Source: Auanema rhodensis
Taxonomy: Eukaryota > Animalia > Nematoda
Direction of reading: 5' to 3'
Length of the DNA: 64,000 nt
Assembly (NCBI GenBank): GCA_964057225.1
Contig: CAXKVF010000084.1
Location: forward strand, 124,001-188,000
Shown here piece after piece: positions 40,801-55,300 of the stretch. The notes beneath the pieces are model-generated. The model was not told where the DNA came from, made no database searches, and saw only the letters and a program-made list of their open reading frames with translations. Each line of letters begins with the position of its first letter. The stretch's first letter is position 1. Made by a program: the position numbers and the translations under genes.

Positions 40801-43800
40801 TTTAGACTAATATGGACATGGGGAATCTAATTTTAAAAACCGCATCTCTTTATCTTTCACGTGAAGCGAGTTACATACCAAGTGCACATCACGTGTACAT
40901 TTAATTAGCATAAATTAAAGTTCACGTAAATTTCAAAGTCATGGTTACCATGCACCAATATCAATAAAAATTTGTTTTTAGACTAATATGGACATGGGGA
41001 ATCTAATTTTGAAAACCGCATCTCTTTATCTTTCACGTGAAGCGAGTTACATACCAAGTGCACATCACGTGTACATTTAATTAGCATAAATTAAAGTTCA
41101 CGTAAATTTCAAAGTCATGGTTACCATGCACCAATATCAATAAAAATTTGTTTTTAGACTAATATGGACATGGGGAATCTAATTTTGAAAACCGCATCTC
41201 TTCATCTTTCACGTGAAGCGAGTTACATACCAAGTGCACATCAAGTGTACATTTAATTAGCATAAATTAAAGTGCACGTAAATTTCAAAGTCATGGTTAT
41301 CATGCACCAATATCAATAAAAATTTGTTTTTAGACTAATATGGACATGGGGAATCTAATTTTGAAAACCGCATCTCTTTATCTTTCACGTGAAGCGAGTT
41401 ACATACCAAGTGCACATCACGTGTACATTTAATTAGCATAAATTAAAGTTCACGTAAATTTCAAAGTCATGGTTACCATGAAGCAATATCAATAAAAATT
41501 TGTTTTTAGACTAATATGGAAATGGGGAATCTAATTTTGAAAACCGCATCTCTTTATCTTTCACGTGAAGCGAGTTACATACCAAGTGCACATCACGTGT
41601 ACATTTAATTAGCATAAATTAAAGTTCACGTAAATTTCAAAGTCATGGTTACCATGAACCAATATCAATAAAATTTGTTTTTAGACTAATATGGACATGG
41701 GGAATCTAATTTTGAAAACCGCATCTCTTTATCTTTCACGTGAAGCGAGTTACATACCAAGTGCACATCACGTGTACATTTAATTAGCATAAATTAAAGT
41801 TCACGTAAAATTCAAAGTCATGGTTACCATGCACCAATATCAATAAAAATTTGTTTTTAGACTAATATGGACATGGGGAATCTAATTTTGAAAACCGCAT
41901 CTCTTTATCTTTCACGTGAAGCGAGTTACATACCAAGTGCACATCACGTGTACATTTAATTAGCATAAATTAAAGTTCACGTAAATTTCAAAGTCATGGT
42001 TACCATGAACCAATATCAATAAAAATTTGTTTTTAGACTAATATGGACATGGGGAATCTAATTTTGAAAACCGCATCTCTTTATCTTTCACGTGAAGCGA
42101 GTTACATACCAAGTGCACATCACGTGTACATTTAATTAGCATAAATTAAAGTTCACGTAAATTTCAAAGTCGTGGTTACCATGCACCAATATCAATAAAA
42201 ATTCGTTTTTAGACTAATATGGACATGGGGAATCTAATTTTGAAAACCGCATCTCTTTATCTTTCACGTGAAGCGAGTTACATACCAAGTGCACATCACG
42301 TGTACATTTAATTAGCATAAATTAAAGTTCACGTAAATTTCAAAGTCATGGTTACCATGCACCAATATCAATAAAAATTTGTTTTTGGACTAATATGGAC
42401 ATGGGGAATCTAATTTTGAAAACCGCATCTCTTTATCTTTCACGTGAAGCGAGTTACATACCAAGTGCACATCACGTGTACATTTAATTAGCATAAATTA
42501 AAGTTCACGTAAATTTCAAAGTCATGGTTACCATGCACCAATATCAATAAAAATTTGTTTTTAGACTAATATGGACATGGGGAATCTAATTTTGAAAACC
42601 GCATCTCTTTATCTTTCACGTGAAGCGAGTTACATACCAAGTGCACATCACGTGTACATTTAATTAGCATAAATTAAAGTTCACGTAAATTTCAAAGTCA
42701 TGGTTACCATGAAGCAATATCAATAAAAATTTGTTTTTAGACTAATATGGACATGGGGAATCTAATTTTGAAAACCGCATCTCTTTATCTTTCACGTGAA
42801 GCGAGTTACATACCAAGAGCACATCACGTGTACATTTAATTAGCATAAATTAAAGTTCACGTAAATTTCAAAGTCATGGTTACCATGCACCAATATCAAT
42901 AAAAATTTGTTTTTAGACTAATATGGACATGGGGAATCTAATTTTGAAAACCGCATCTCTTTATCTTTCACGTGAAGCGAGTTACATACCAAGTGCACAT
43001 CACGTGTACATTTAATTAGCATAAATTAAAGTTCACGTAAATTTCAAAGGCATGGTTACCATGAACCAATATCAATAAAAATTTGTTTTTAGACTAATAT
43101 GGACATGGGGAATCTAATTTTGAAAACCGCATCTCTTTATCTTTCACGTGAAGCGAGTTACATACCAAGTGCACATCACGTGTACATTTAATTAGCATAA
43201 ATTAAAGTTCACGTAAATTTCAAAGTCATGGTTACCATGAAGCAATATCAATAAAAATTTGTTTTTAGACTAATATGGAAATGGGGAATCTAATTTTGAA
43301 AACCGCATCTCTTTATCTTTCACGTGAAGCGAGTTACATACCAAGAGCACATCACGTGTACATTTAATTAACATAAATTAAAGTTCACGTAAATTTCAAA
43401 GTCATGGTTACCATGCACCAATATCAATAAAAATTTGTTTTTAGACTAATATGGACATGGGGAATCTAATTTTGAAAACCGCATCTCTTTATCTTTCACG
43501 TGAAGCGAGTTACATACCAAGTGCACATCACGTGTACATTTAATTAGCATAAATTAAAGTTCACGTAAATTTCAAAGTCATGGTTACCATGCACCAATAT
43601 CAATAAAAATTTGTTTTTAGACTAATATGGACATGGGGAATCTAATTTTGGAAACCGCATCTCTTTATTTTTCACGTGAAGCGAGTTACATACCAAGTGC
43701 ACATCAAGTGTACATTTATTTAGCATAAATTAAAGTTCACGTAAATTTCAAAGTCATGGTTACCATGCACCAATATCAATAAAAATTTGTTTTTAGACTA

Positions 43801-44459
43801 ATATGGACATGGGGAATCTAATTTTGAAAACCGCATCTCTTTATCTTTCACGTGAAGCGAGTTACATACCAAGTGCACATCACGTGTACATTTAATTAGC
43901 ATAAATTAAAGTTCACGTAAATTTCAAAGTCATGGTTACCATGCACCAATATCAATAAAAATTTGTTTTTAGACTAATATGGACATGGGGAATCTAATGT
44001 TGAAAACCGCATCTCTTCATCTTTCACGTGAAGCGAGTTACATACCAAGTGCACATCACGTGTACATTTAATTAGCATAAATTAAAGTTCACGTAAATTT
44101 CAAAGTCATGGTTACCATGCACCAATATCAATAAAAATTTGTTTTTAGACTAATATGGACATGGGGAATCTAATTTTGAAAACCGCATCTCTTTATCTTT
44201 CACGTGAAGCGAGTTACATACCAAGTGCACATCACGTGTACATTCAATTAGCATAAATTAAAGTTCACGTAAATTTCAAAGTCATGGTTACCATGAACCA
44301 ATATCAATAAAAATTTGTTTTTAGACTAATATGGACATGGGGAATCTAATTTTGAAAACCGCATCTCTTCATCTTTCACGTGAAGCGAGTTACATACCAA
44401 GTGCACATCACGTGTACATTTAATTAGCATAAATTAAAGTTCACGTAAATTTCAAAGTC

Positions 44460-47400
44460 ATGGTTACCATGAAGCAATATCAATAAAAATTTGTTTTTAG
44501 ACTAATATGGAAATGGGGAATCTAATTTTGAAAACCGCATCTCTTTATCTTTCACGTGAAGCGAGTTACATACCAAGTGCACATCACGTGTACATTTAAT
44601 TAGCATAAATTAAAGTTCACGTAAATTTCAAAGTCGTGGTTACCATGCACCAATATCAATAAAAATTCGTTTTTAGACTAATATGGACATGGGGAATCTA
44701 ATTTTGAAAACCGCATCTCTTTATCTTTCACGTGAAGCGAGTTACATACCAAGTGCACATCACGTGTACATTTAATTAGCATAAATTAAAGTTCACGTAA
44801 ATTTCAAAGTCATGGTTACCATGCACCAATATCAATAAAAATTTGTTTTTAGACTAATATGGACATGGGGAATCTAATTTTGAAAACCGCATCTCTTTAT
44901 CTTTCACGTGAAGCGAGTTACATACCAAGTGCACATCACGTGTACATTTAATTAGCATAAATTAAAGTTCACGTAAATTTCAAAGTCATGGTTACCATGA
45001 ACCAATATCAATTAAAATTTGTTTTTAGACTAATATGGACATGGGCAATCTAATTTTGAAAACCGCATCTCTTTATCTTTCACGTGAAGCGAGTTACATA
45101 CCAAGTGCACATCACGTGTACATTTAATTAGCATAAATTAAAGTTCACGTAAATTTCAAAGTCACGGTTACCATGCACCAATATCAATAAAAAGTTGTTT
45201 TTAGACTAATATGGACATGGGGAATCTAATTTTGAAAACCGTATCTCTTTATCTTTCACGTGAAGCGAGTTACATACCAAGTGCACATCACGTGTACATT
45301 TAATTAGCATAAATTAAAGTTCACGTAAATTTCAAAGTCATGGTTACCATGCACCAATATCAATAAAAATTTGTTTTTAGACTAATATGGACATGGGGAA
45401 TCTAATTTTGAAAACCGCATCTCTTTATCTTTCACGTGAAGCGAGTTACATACCAAGTGCACATCACGTGTACATTTAATTAGCATAAATTAAAGTTCAC
45501 GTAAATTTCAAAGTCATGGTTACCATGAACCAATATCAATTAAAATTTGTTTTTAGACTAATATGGACATGGGCAATCTAATTTTGAAAACCGCATCTCT
45601 TTATCTTTCACGTGAAGCGAGTTACATACCAAGTGCACATCACGTGTACATTTAATTAGCATAAATTAAAGTTCACGTAAATTTCAAAGTCATGGTTACC
45701 ATGAACCAATATCAATAAAAATTTGTTTTTAGACTAATATGGACATGGGGAATCAAATTTTGAAAACCGTATCTCTTTATCTTTCACGTGAAGCGAGTTA
45801 CATACCAAGTGCACATCACGTGTACATTTAATCAGCATAAATTAAAGTTCACGTAAATTTCAAAGTCATGGTTACCATGAACCAATATCAATACAAATTT
45901 GTTTTTAGACTAATATGGACATGGGGAATCTAATTTTGAAAACCGCATCTCTTTATCTTTCACGTGAAGCGAGTTACATACCAAGTGCACATCACGTGTA
46001 CATTTAATTAGCATAAATTAAAGTTCACGTAAATTTCAAAGTCATGGTTACCATGCACCAATATCAATAAAAGTTGTTTTTAGACTAATATGGACATGGG
46101 GAATCTAATTTTGAAAACCGTATCTCTTTATCTTACACGTGAAGCGAGTTACATACCAAGTGCACATCACGTGTACATTTAATTAGCATAAATTAAAGTT
46201 CACGTAAATTTCAAAGTCATGGTTACCATGAAGCAATATCAATAAAAATTTGTTTTTAGACTAATATGGACATGGGGAATCTAATTTTGAAAACCGCATC
46301 TCTTTATCTTTCACGTGAAGCGAGTTACATAGCAAGTGCACATCACGTGTACATTTAATTAGCATTAATTAAAGTTCACGTAAATTTCAAAGTCATGGTT
46401 ACCATGAAGCAATATCAATAAAAATTTGTTTTTAGACTAATATGGACATGGGGAATCTAATTTTGAAAACCGCATCTCTTCATCTTTCACGTGAAGCGAG
46501 TTACATACCAAGTGCACATCACGTGTACATTTAATTAGCATAAATTAAAGTTCACGTAAATTTCAAAGTCATGGTTACCATGCACCAATATCAATAAAAA
46601 TTTGTTTTTAGACTAATATGGACATGGGGAATCTAATTTTGAAAACCGCATCTCTTTATCTTTCACGTGAAGCGAGTTACATACCAAGTGCACATCACGT
46701 GTACATTTAATTAGCATAAATTAAAGTTCACGTAAATTTCAAAGTCGTGGTTACCATGCACCAATATCAATAAAAAATCGTTTTTAGACTAATATGGACA
46801 TGGGGAATCTAATTTTGAAAACCGCATCTCTTCATCTTTCACGTGAAGCGAGTTACATACCAAGTGCACATCACGTGTACATTTAATTAGCATAAATTAA
46901 AGTTCACGTAAATTTCAAAGTCATGGTTACCATGAAGCAATATCAATAAAAATTTGTTTTTAGACTAATATGGAAATGGGGAATCTAATTTTGAAAACCG
47001 CATCTCTTTATCTTTCACGTGAAGCGAGTTACATACCAAGTGCACATCACGTGTACATTTAATTAGCATAAATTAAAGTTCACGTAAATTTCAAAGTCGT
47101 GGTTACCATGCACCAATATCAATAAAAATTCGTTTTTAGACTAATATGGACATGGGGAATCTAATTTTGAAAACCGCATCTCTTTATCTTTCACGTGAAG
47201 CGAGTTACATACCAAGTGCACATCACGTGTACATTTAATTAGCATAAATTAAAGTTCACGTAAATTTCAAAGTCATGGTTACCATGCACCAATATCAATA
47301 AAAATTTGTTTTTAGACTAATATGGACATGGGGAATCTAATTTTGAAAACCGCATCTCTTTATCTTTCACGTGAAGCGAGTTACATACCAAGTGCACATC

Positions 47401-49390
47401 ACGTGTACATTTAATTAGCATAAATTAAAGTTCACGTAAATTTCAAAGTCATGGTTACCATGAACCAATATCAATTAAAATTTGTTTTTAGACTAATATG
47501 GACATGGGCAATCTAATTTTGAAAACCGCATCTCTTTATCTTTCACGTGAAGCGAGTTACATACCAAGTGCACATCACGTGTACATTTAATTAGCATAAA
47601 TTAAAGTTCACGTAAATTTCAAAGTCACGGTTACCATGCACCAATATCAATAAAAAGTTGTTTTTAGACTAATATGGACATGGGGAATCTAATTTTGAAA
47701 ACCGCATCTCTTTATCTTTCACGTGAAGCGAGTTACATACCAAGTGCACATCACGTGTACATTTAATTAGCATAAATTAAAGTTCACGTAAATTTCAAAG
47801 TCATGGTTACCATGAAGCAATATCAATAAAAATTTGTTTTTAGACTAATATGGAAATGGGGAATCTAATTTTGAAAACCGCATCTCTTTATCTTTCACGT
47901 GAAGCGAGTTACATACCAAGTGCACATCACGTGTACATTTAATTAGCATAAATTAAAGTTCACGTAAATTTCAAAGTCGTGGTTACCATGCACCAATATC
48001 AATAAAAATTCGTTTTTAGACTAATATGGACATGGGGAATCTAATTTTGAAAACCGCATCTCTTTATCTTTCACGTGAAGCGAGTTACATACCAAGTGCA
48101 CATCACGTGTACATTTAATTAGCATAAATTAAAGTTCACGTAAATTTCAAAGTCATGGTTACCATGCACCAATATCAATAAAAATTTGTTTTTAGACTAA
48201 TATGGACATGGGGAATCTAATTTTGAAAACCGCATCTCTTTATCTTTCACGTGAAGCGAGTTACATACCAAGTGCACATCACGTGTACATTTAATTAGCA
48301 TAAATTAAAGTTCACGTAAATTTCAAAGTCATGGTTACCATGAACCAATATCAATTAAAATTTGTTTTTAGACTAATATGGACATGGGCAATCTAATTTT
48401 GAAAACCGCATCTCTTTATCTTTCACGTGAAGCGAGTTACATACCAAGTGCACATCACGTGTACATTTAATTAGCATAAATTAAAGTTCACGTAAATTTC
48501 AAAGTCACGGTTACCATGCACCAATATCAATAAAAAGTTGTTTTTAGACTAATATGGACATGGGGAATCTAATTTTGAAAACCGTATCTCTTTATCTTTC
48601 ACGTGAAGCGAGTTACATACCAAGTGCACATCACGTGTACATTTAATTAGCATAAATTAAAGTTCACGTAAATTTCAAAGTCATGGTTACCATGCACCAA
48701 TATCAATAAAAATTTGTTTTTAGACTAATATGGACATGGGGAATCTAATTTTGAAAACCGCATCTCTTTATCTTTCACGTGAAGCGAGTTACATACCAAG
48801 TGCACATCACGTGTACATTTAATTAGCATAAATTAAAGTTCACGTAAATTTCAAAGTCATGGTTACCATGAACCAATATCAATTAAAATTTGTTTTTAGA
48901 CTAATATGGACATGGGCAATCTAATTTTGAAAACCGCATCTCTTTATCTTTCACGTGAAGCGAGTTACATACCAAGTGCACATCACGTGTACATTTAATT
49001 AGCATAAATTAAAGTTCACGTAAATTTCAAAGTCATGGTTACCATGAACCAATATCAATAAAAATTTGTTTTTAGACTAATATGGACATGGGGAATCAAA
49101 TTTTGAAAACCGTATCTCTTTATCTTTCACGTGAAGCGAGTTACATACCAAGTGCACATCACGTGTACATTTAATCAGCATAAATTAAAGTTCACGTAAA
49201 TTTCAAAGTCATGGTTACCATGAACCAATATCAATACAAATTTGTTTTTAGACTAATATGGACATGGGGAATCTAATTTTGAAAACCGCATCTCTTTATC
49301 TTTCACGTGAAGCGAGTTACATACCAAGTGCACATCACGTGTACATTTAATTAGCATAAATTAAAGTTCACGTAAATTTCAAAGTCATGG
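44460..49390 (+). repeat. Block duplications with 14-mer, 19-mer and 5-mer offsets
   Basis: GTCACGG 45165/47628/48508 (+2463, +880); GGAAATG 46975/47855 (+880); GAATCAAA 45755/49098 (+3343 = 19 x 176 - 1). Confidence 0.85.
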
Positions 49391-52300
49391 TTACCATGAA
49401 CCAATATCAATTAAAATTTGTTTTTAGACTAATATGGACATGGGGAATCTAATTTTGAAAACCGCATCTCTTTATCTTTCACGTGAAGCGAGTTACATAC
49501 CAAGTGCACATCACGTGTACATTTAATTAGCATAAATTAAAGTTCACGTAAATTTCAAAGTCATGGTTACCATGCACCAATATCAATAAAAGTTGTTTTT
49601 AGACTAATATGGACATGGGGAATCTAATTTTGAAAACCGTATCTCTTTATCTTTCACGTGAAGCGAGTTACATACCAAGTGCACATCACGTGTACATTTA
49701 ATTAGCATAAATTAAAGTTCACGTAAATTTCAAAGTCATGGTTACCATGAACCAATATCAATAACAATTTGTTTTTAGACTAATATGAACATGGGCAATC
49801 TAATTTTGAAAACCGCATCTCTTTATCTTTCACGTGAAGCGAGTTACATACCAAGTGCACATCACGTGTACATTTAATTAGCATGAATTAAAGTTCACGT
49901 AAATTTCAAAGTCATGGTTACCATGCACCAATATCAATAAAAATTTGTTTTTAGACTAATATGGACATGGGGAATCTAATTTTGAAAACCGCATCTCTTT
50001 ATCTTTCACGTGAAGCGAGTTACATACCAAGTGCACATCACGTGTACATTTAATTAGCATAAATTAAAGTTCACGTAAATTTCAAAGTCATGGTTACCAT
50101 GAACCAATATCAATTAAAATTTGTTTTTAGACTAATATGGACATGGGGAATCTAATTTTGAAAACCGCATCTCTTTATCTTTCACGTGAAGCGAGTTACA
50201 TACCAAGTGCACATCACGTGTACATTTAATTAGCATAAATTAAAGTTCACGTAAATTTCAAAGTCATGGTTACCATGAAGCAATATCAATAAAAATTTGT
50301 TTTTAGACTAATATGGACATGGGGAATCTAATTTTGAAAACCGCATCTCTTTATCTTTCACGTGAAGCGAGTTACATAGCAAGTGCACATCACGTGTACA
50401 TTTAATTAGCATTAATTAAAGTTCACGTAAATTTCAAAGTCATGGTTACCATGAAGCAATATCAATAAAAATTTGTTTTTAGACTAATATGGACATGGGG
50501 AATCTAATTTTGAAAACCGCATCTCTTTATCTTTCACGTGAAGCGAGTTACATACCAAGTGCACATCACGTGTACATTTAATTAGCATAAATTAAAGTTC
50601 ACGTAAATTTCAAAGTCATGGTTACCATGAACCAATATCAATAAAAATTTGTTTTTAGACTAATATGGACATGGGGAATCTAATTTTGAAAACCGCATCT
50701 CTTTATCTTTCACGTGAAGCGAGTTACATACCAAGTGCACATCACGTGTACATTTAATTAGCATAAATTAAAGTTCACGTAAATTTCAAAGTCATGGTTA
50801 CCATGAACCAATATCAATAAAAATTTGTTTTTAGACTAATATGGACATGGGGAATCTAATTTTGAAAACCGCATCTCTTTATCTTTCACGTGAAGCGAGT
50901 TACATACCAAGTGCACATCACGTGTACATTTAATTAGCATAAATTAAAGTTCACGTAAATTTCAAAGTCATGGTTACCATGCACCAATATCAATAAAAAT
51001 TTGTTTTTAGACTAATATGGACATGGGGAATCTAATTTTGAAAACCGCATCTCTTTATCTTTCACGTGAAGCGAGTTACATACCAAGTGCACATCACGTG
51101 TACATTTAATTAGCATAAATTAAAGTTCACGTAAATTTCAAAGTCATGGTTACCATGAACCAATATCAATAAAAATTTGTTTTTAGACTAATATGGACAT
51201 GGGGAATCTAATTTTGAAAACCGCATCTCTTTATCTTTCACGTGAAGCGAGTTACATACCAAGTGCACATCACGTGTACATTTAATTAGCATAAATTAAA
51301 GTTCACGTAAATTTCAAAGTCATGGTTACCATGCACCAATATCAATAAAAATTTGTTTTTAGACTAATATGGACATGGGGAATCTAATTTTGAAAACCGC
51401 ATCTCTTTATCTTTCACGTGAAGCGAGTTACATACCAAGTGCACATCACGTGTACATTTAATTAGCATAAATTAAAGTTCACGTAAATTTCAAAGTCATG
51501 GTTACCATGAACCAATATCAATAAAAATTTGTTTTTAGACTAATATGGACATGGGGAATCTAATTTTGAAAACCGCATCTCTTTATCTTTCACGTGAAGC
51601 GAGTTACATACCAAGTGCACATCACGTGTACATTTAATTAGCATAAATTAAAGTTCACGTAAATTTCAAAGTCATGGTTACCATGAACCAATATCAATAA
51701 AAATTTGTTTTTAGACTAATATGGACATGGGGAATCTAATTTTGAAAACCGCATCTCTTTATCTTTCACGTGAAGCGAGTTACATACCAAGTGCACATCA
51801 CGTGTACATTTAATTAGCATAAATTAAAGTTCACGTAAAATTCAAAGTCATGGTTACCATGCACCAATATCAATAAAAATTTGTTTTTAGACTAATATGG
51901 ACATGGGGAATCTAATTTTGAAAACCGCATCTCATTATCTTTCACGTGAAGCGAGTTACATACCAAGTGCACATAACGTGTACATTTAATTAGCATAAAT
52001 TAAAGTTCACGTAAATTTCAAAGTCATGGTTACCATGAACCAATATCAATAAAAATTTGTTTTTAGACTAATATGGACATGGGGAATCTAATTTTGAAAA
52101 CCGCATCTCTTTATCTCTCACGTGAAGCGAGTTACATACCAAGTGCACATCACGTGTACATTTAATTAGCATAAATTAAAGTTCACGTAAATTTCAAAGT
52201 CATGGTTACCATGCACCAATATCAATAAAAATTTGTTTTTAGACTAATATGGACATGGGGAATCTAATTTTGAAAACCGCATCTCTTTATCTTTCACGTG

Positions 52301-55300
52301 AAGCGAGTTACATACCAAGTGCACATCACGTGTACATTTAATTAGCATAAATTAAAGTTCACGTAAATTTCAAAGTCATGGTTACCATGAACCAATATCA
52401 ATAAAAATTTGTTTTTAGACTAATATGGACATGGGGAATCTAATTTTGAAAACCGCATCTCTTTATCTTTCACGTGAAGCGAGTTACATACCAAGTGCAC
52501 ATCACGTGTACAGTTAATTAGCATAAATTAAAGTTCACGTAAATTTCAAAGTCATGGTTACCATGAACCAATATCAATAAAAATTTGTTTTTAGACTAAT
52601 ATGGACATGGGGAATCTAATTTTGGAAACCGCATCTCTTTATCTTTCACGTGAAGCGAGTTACATACCAAGTGCACATCACGTGTACATTTAATTAGCAT
52701 AAATTAAAGTTCACGTAAATTTCAAAGTCATGGTTACCATGAAGCAATATCAATAAAAATTTGTTTTTAGACTAATATGGACATGGGGAATCTAATTTTG
52801 AAAACCGCATCTCTTTATCTTTCACGTGAAGCGAGTTACATACCAAGTGCACATCACGTGTACATTTAATTAGCATAAATTAAAGTTCACGTAAATTTCA
52901 AAGTCATGGTTACCATGAAGCAATATCAATAAAAATTTGTTTTTAGACTAATATGGACATGGGGAATCTAATTTTGCAAACCGCATCTCTTTATCTTTCA
53001 CGTGAAGCGAGTTACATACCAAGTGCACATCACGTGTACATTTAATCAGCATAAATTAAAGTTCACGTAAATTTCAAAGTCATGGTTACCATGAACCAAT
53101 ATCAATACAAATTTGTTTTTAGACTAATATGGACATGGGGAATCTAATTTTGAAAACCGCATCTCTTTATCTTTCACGTGAAGCGAGTTACATACCAAGT
53201 GCACATCAGGTGTACATTTAATTAGCATAAATTAAAGTTCACGTAAATTTCAAAGTCATGGTTACCATGAACCAATATCAATTAAAATTTGTTTTTAGAC
53301 TAATATGGACATGGGGAATCTAATTTTGAAAACCGCATCTCTTTATCTTTCACGTGAAGCGAGTTACATACCAAGTGCACATCACGTGTACATTTAATTA
53401 GCATAAATTAAAGTTCACGTAAATTTCAAAGTCATGGTTACCATGCACCAATATCAATAAAAGTTGTTTTTAGACTAATATGGACATGGGGAATCTAATT
53501 TTGAAAACCGTATCTCTTTATCTTTCACGTGAAGCGAGTTACATACCAAGTGCACATCACGTGTACATTTAATTAGCATAAATTAAAGTTCACGTAAATT
53601 TCAAAGTCATGGTTACCATGAACCAATATCAATAACAATTTGTTTTTAGACTAATATGAACATGGGCAATCTAATTTTGAAAACCGCATCTCTTTATCTT
53701 TCACGTGAAGCGAGTTACATACCAAGTGCACATCACGTGTACATTTAATTAGCATGAATTAAAGTTCACGTAAATTTCAAAGTCATGGTTACCATGCACC
53801 AATATCAATAAAAATTTGTTTTTAGACTAATATGGACATGGGGAATCTAATTTTGAAAACCGCATCTCTTTATCTTTCACGTGAAGCGAGTTACATACCA
53901 AGTGCACATCACGTGTACATTTAATTAGCATAAATTAAAGTTCACGTAAATTTCAAAGTCATGGTTACCATGAACCAATATCAATTAAAATTTGTTTTTA
54001 GACTAATATGGACATGGGGAATCTAATTTTGAAAACCGCATCTCTTTATCTTTCACGTGAAGCGAGTTACATACCAAGTGCACATCACGTGTACATTTAA
54101 TTAGCATAAATTAAAGTTCACGTAAATTTCAAAGTCATGGTTACCATGAAGCAATATCAATAAAAATTTGTTTTTAGACTAATATGGACATGGGGAATCT
54201 AATTTTGAAAACCGCATCTCTTTATCTTTCACGTGAAGCGAGTTACATAGCAAGTGCACATCACGTGTACATTTAATTAGCATTAATTAAAGTTCACGTA
54301 AATTTCAAAGTCATGGTTACCATGAAGCAATATCAATAAAAATTTGTTTTTAGACTAATATGGACATGGGGAATCTAATTTTGAAAACCGCATCTCTTTA
54401 TCTTTCACGTGAAGCGAGTTACATACCAAGTGCACATCACGTGTACATTTAATTAGCATAAATTAAAGTTCACGTAAATTTCAAAGTCATGGTTACCATG
54501 AACCAATATCAATAAAAATTTGTTTTTAGACTAATATGGACATGGGGAATCTAATTTTGAAAACCGCATCTCTTTATCTTTCACGTGAAGCGAGTTACAT
54601 ACCAAGTGCACATCACGTGTACATTTAATTAGCATAAATTAAAGTTCACGTAAATTTCAAAGTCATGGTTACCATGAACCAATATCAATAAAAATTTGTT
54701 TTTAGACTAATATGGACATGGGGAATCTAATTTTGAAAACCGCATCTCTTTATCTTTCACGTGAAGCGAGTTACATACCAAGTGCACATCACGTGTACAT
54801 TTAATTAGCATAAATTAAAGTTCACGTAAATTTCAAAGTCATGGTTACCATGCACCAATATCAATAAAAATTTGTTTTTAGACTAATATGGACATGGGGA
54901 ATCTAATTTTGAAAACCGCATCTCTTTATCTTTCACGTGAAGCGAGTTACATACCAAGTGCACATCACGTGTACATTTAATTAGCATAAATTAAAGTTCA
55001 CGTAAATTTCAAAGTCATGGTTACCATGAACCAATATCAATAAAAATTTGTTTTTAGACTAATATGGACATGGGGAATCTAATTTTGAAAACCGCATCTC
55101 TTTATCTTTCACGTGAAGCGAGTTACATACCAAGTGCACATCACGTGTACATTTAATTAGCATAAATTAAAGTTCACGTAAATTTCAAAGTCATGGTTAC
55201 CATGCACCAATATCAATAAAAATTTGTTTTTAGACTAATATGGACATGGGGAATCTAATTTTGAAAACCGCATCTCTTTATCTTTCACGTGAAGCGAGTT

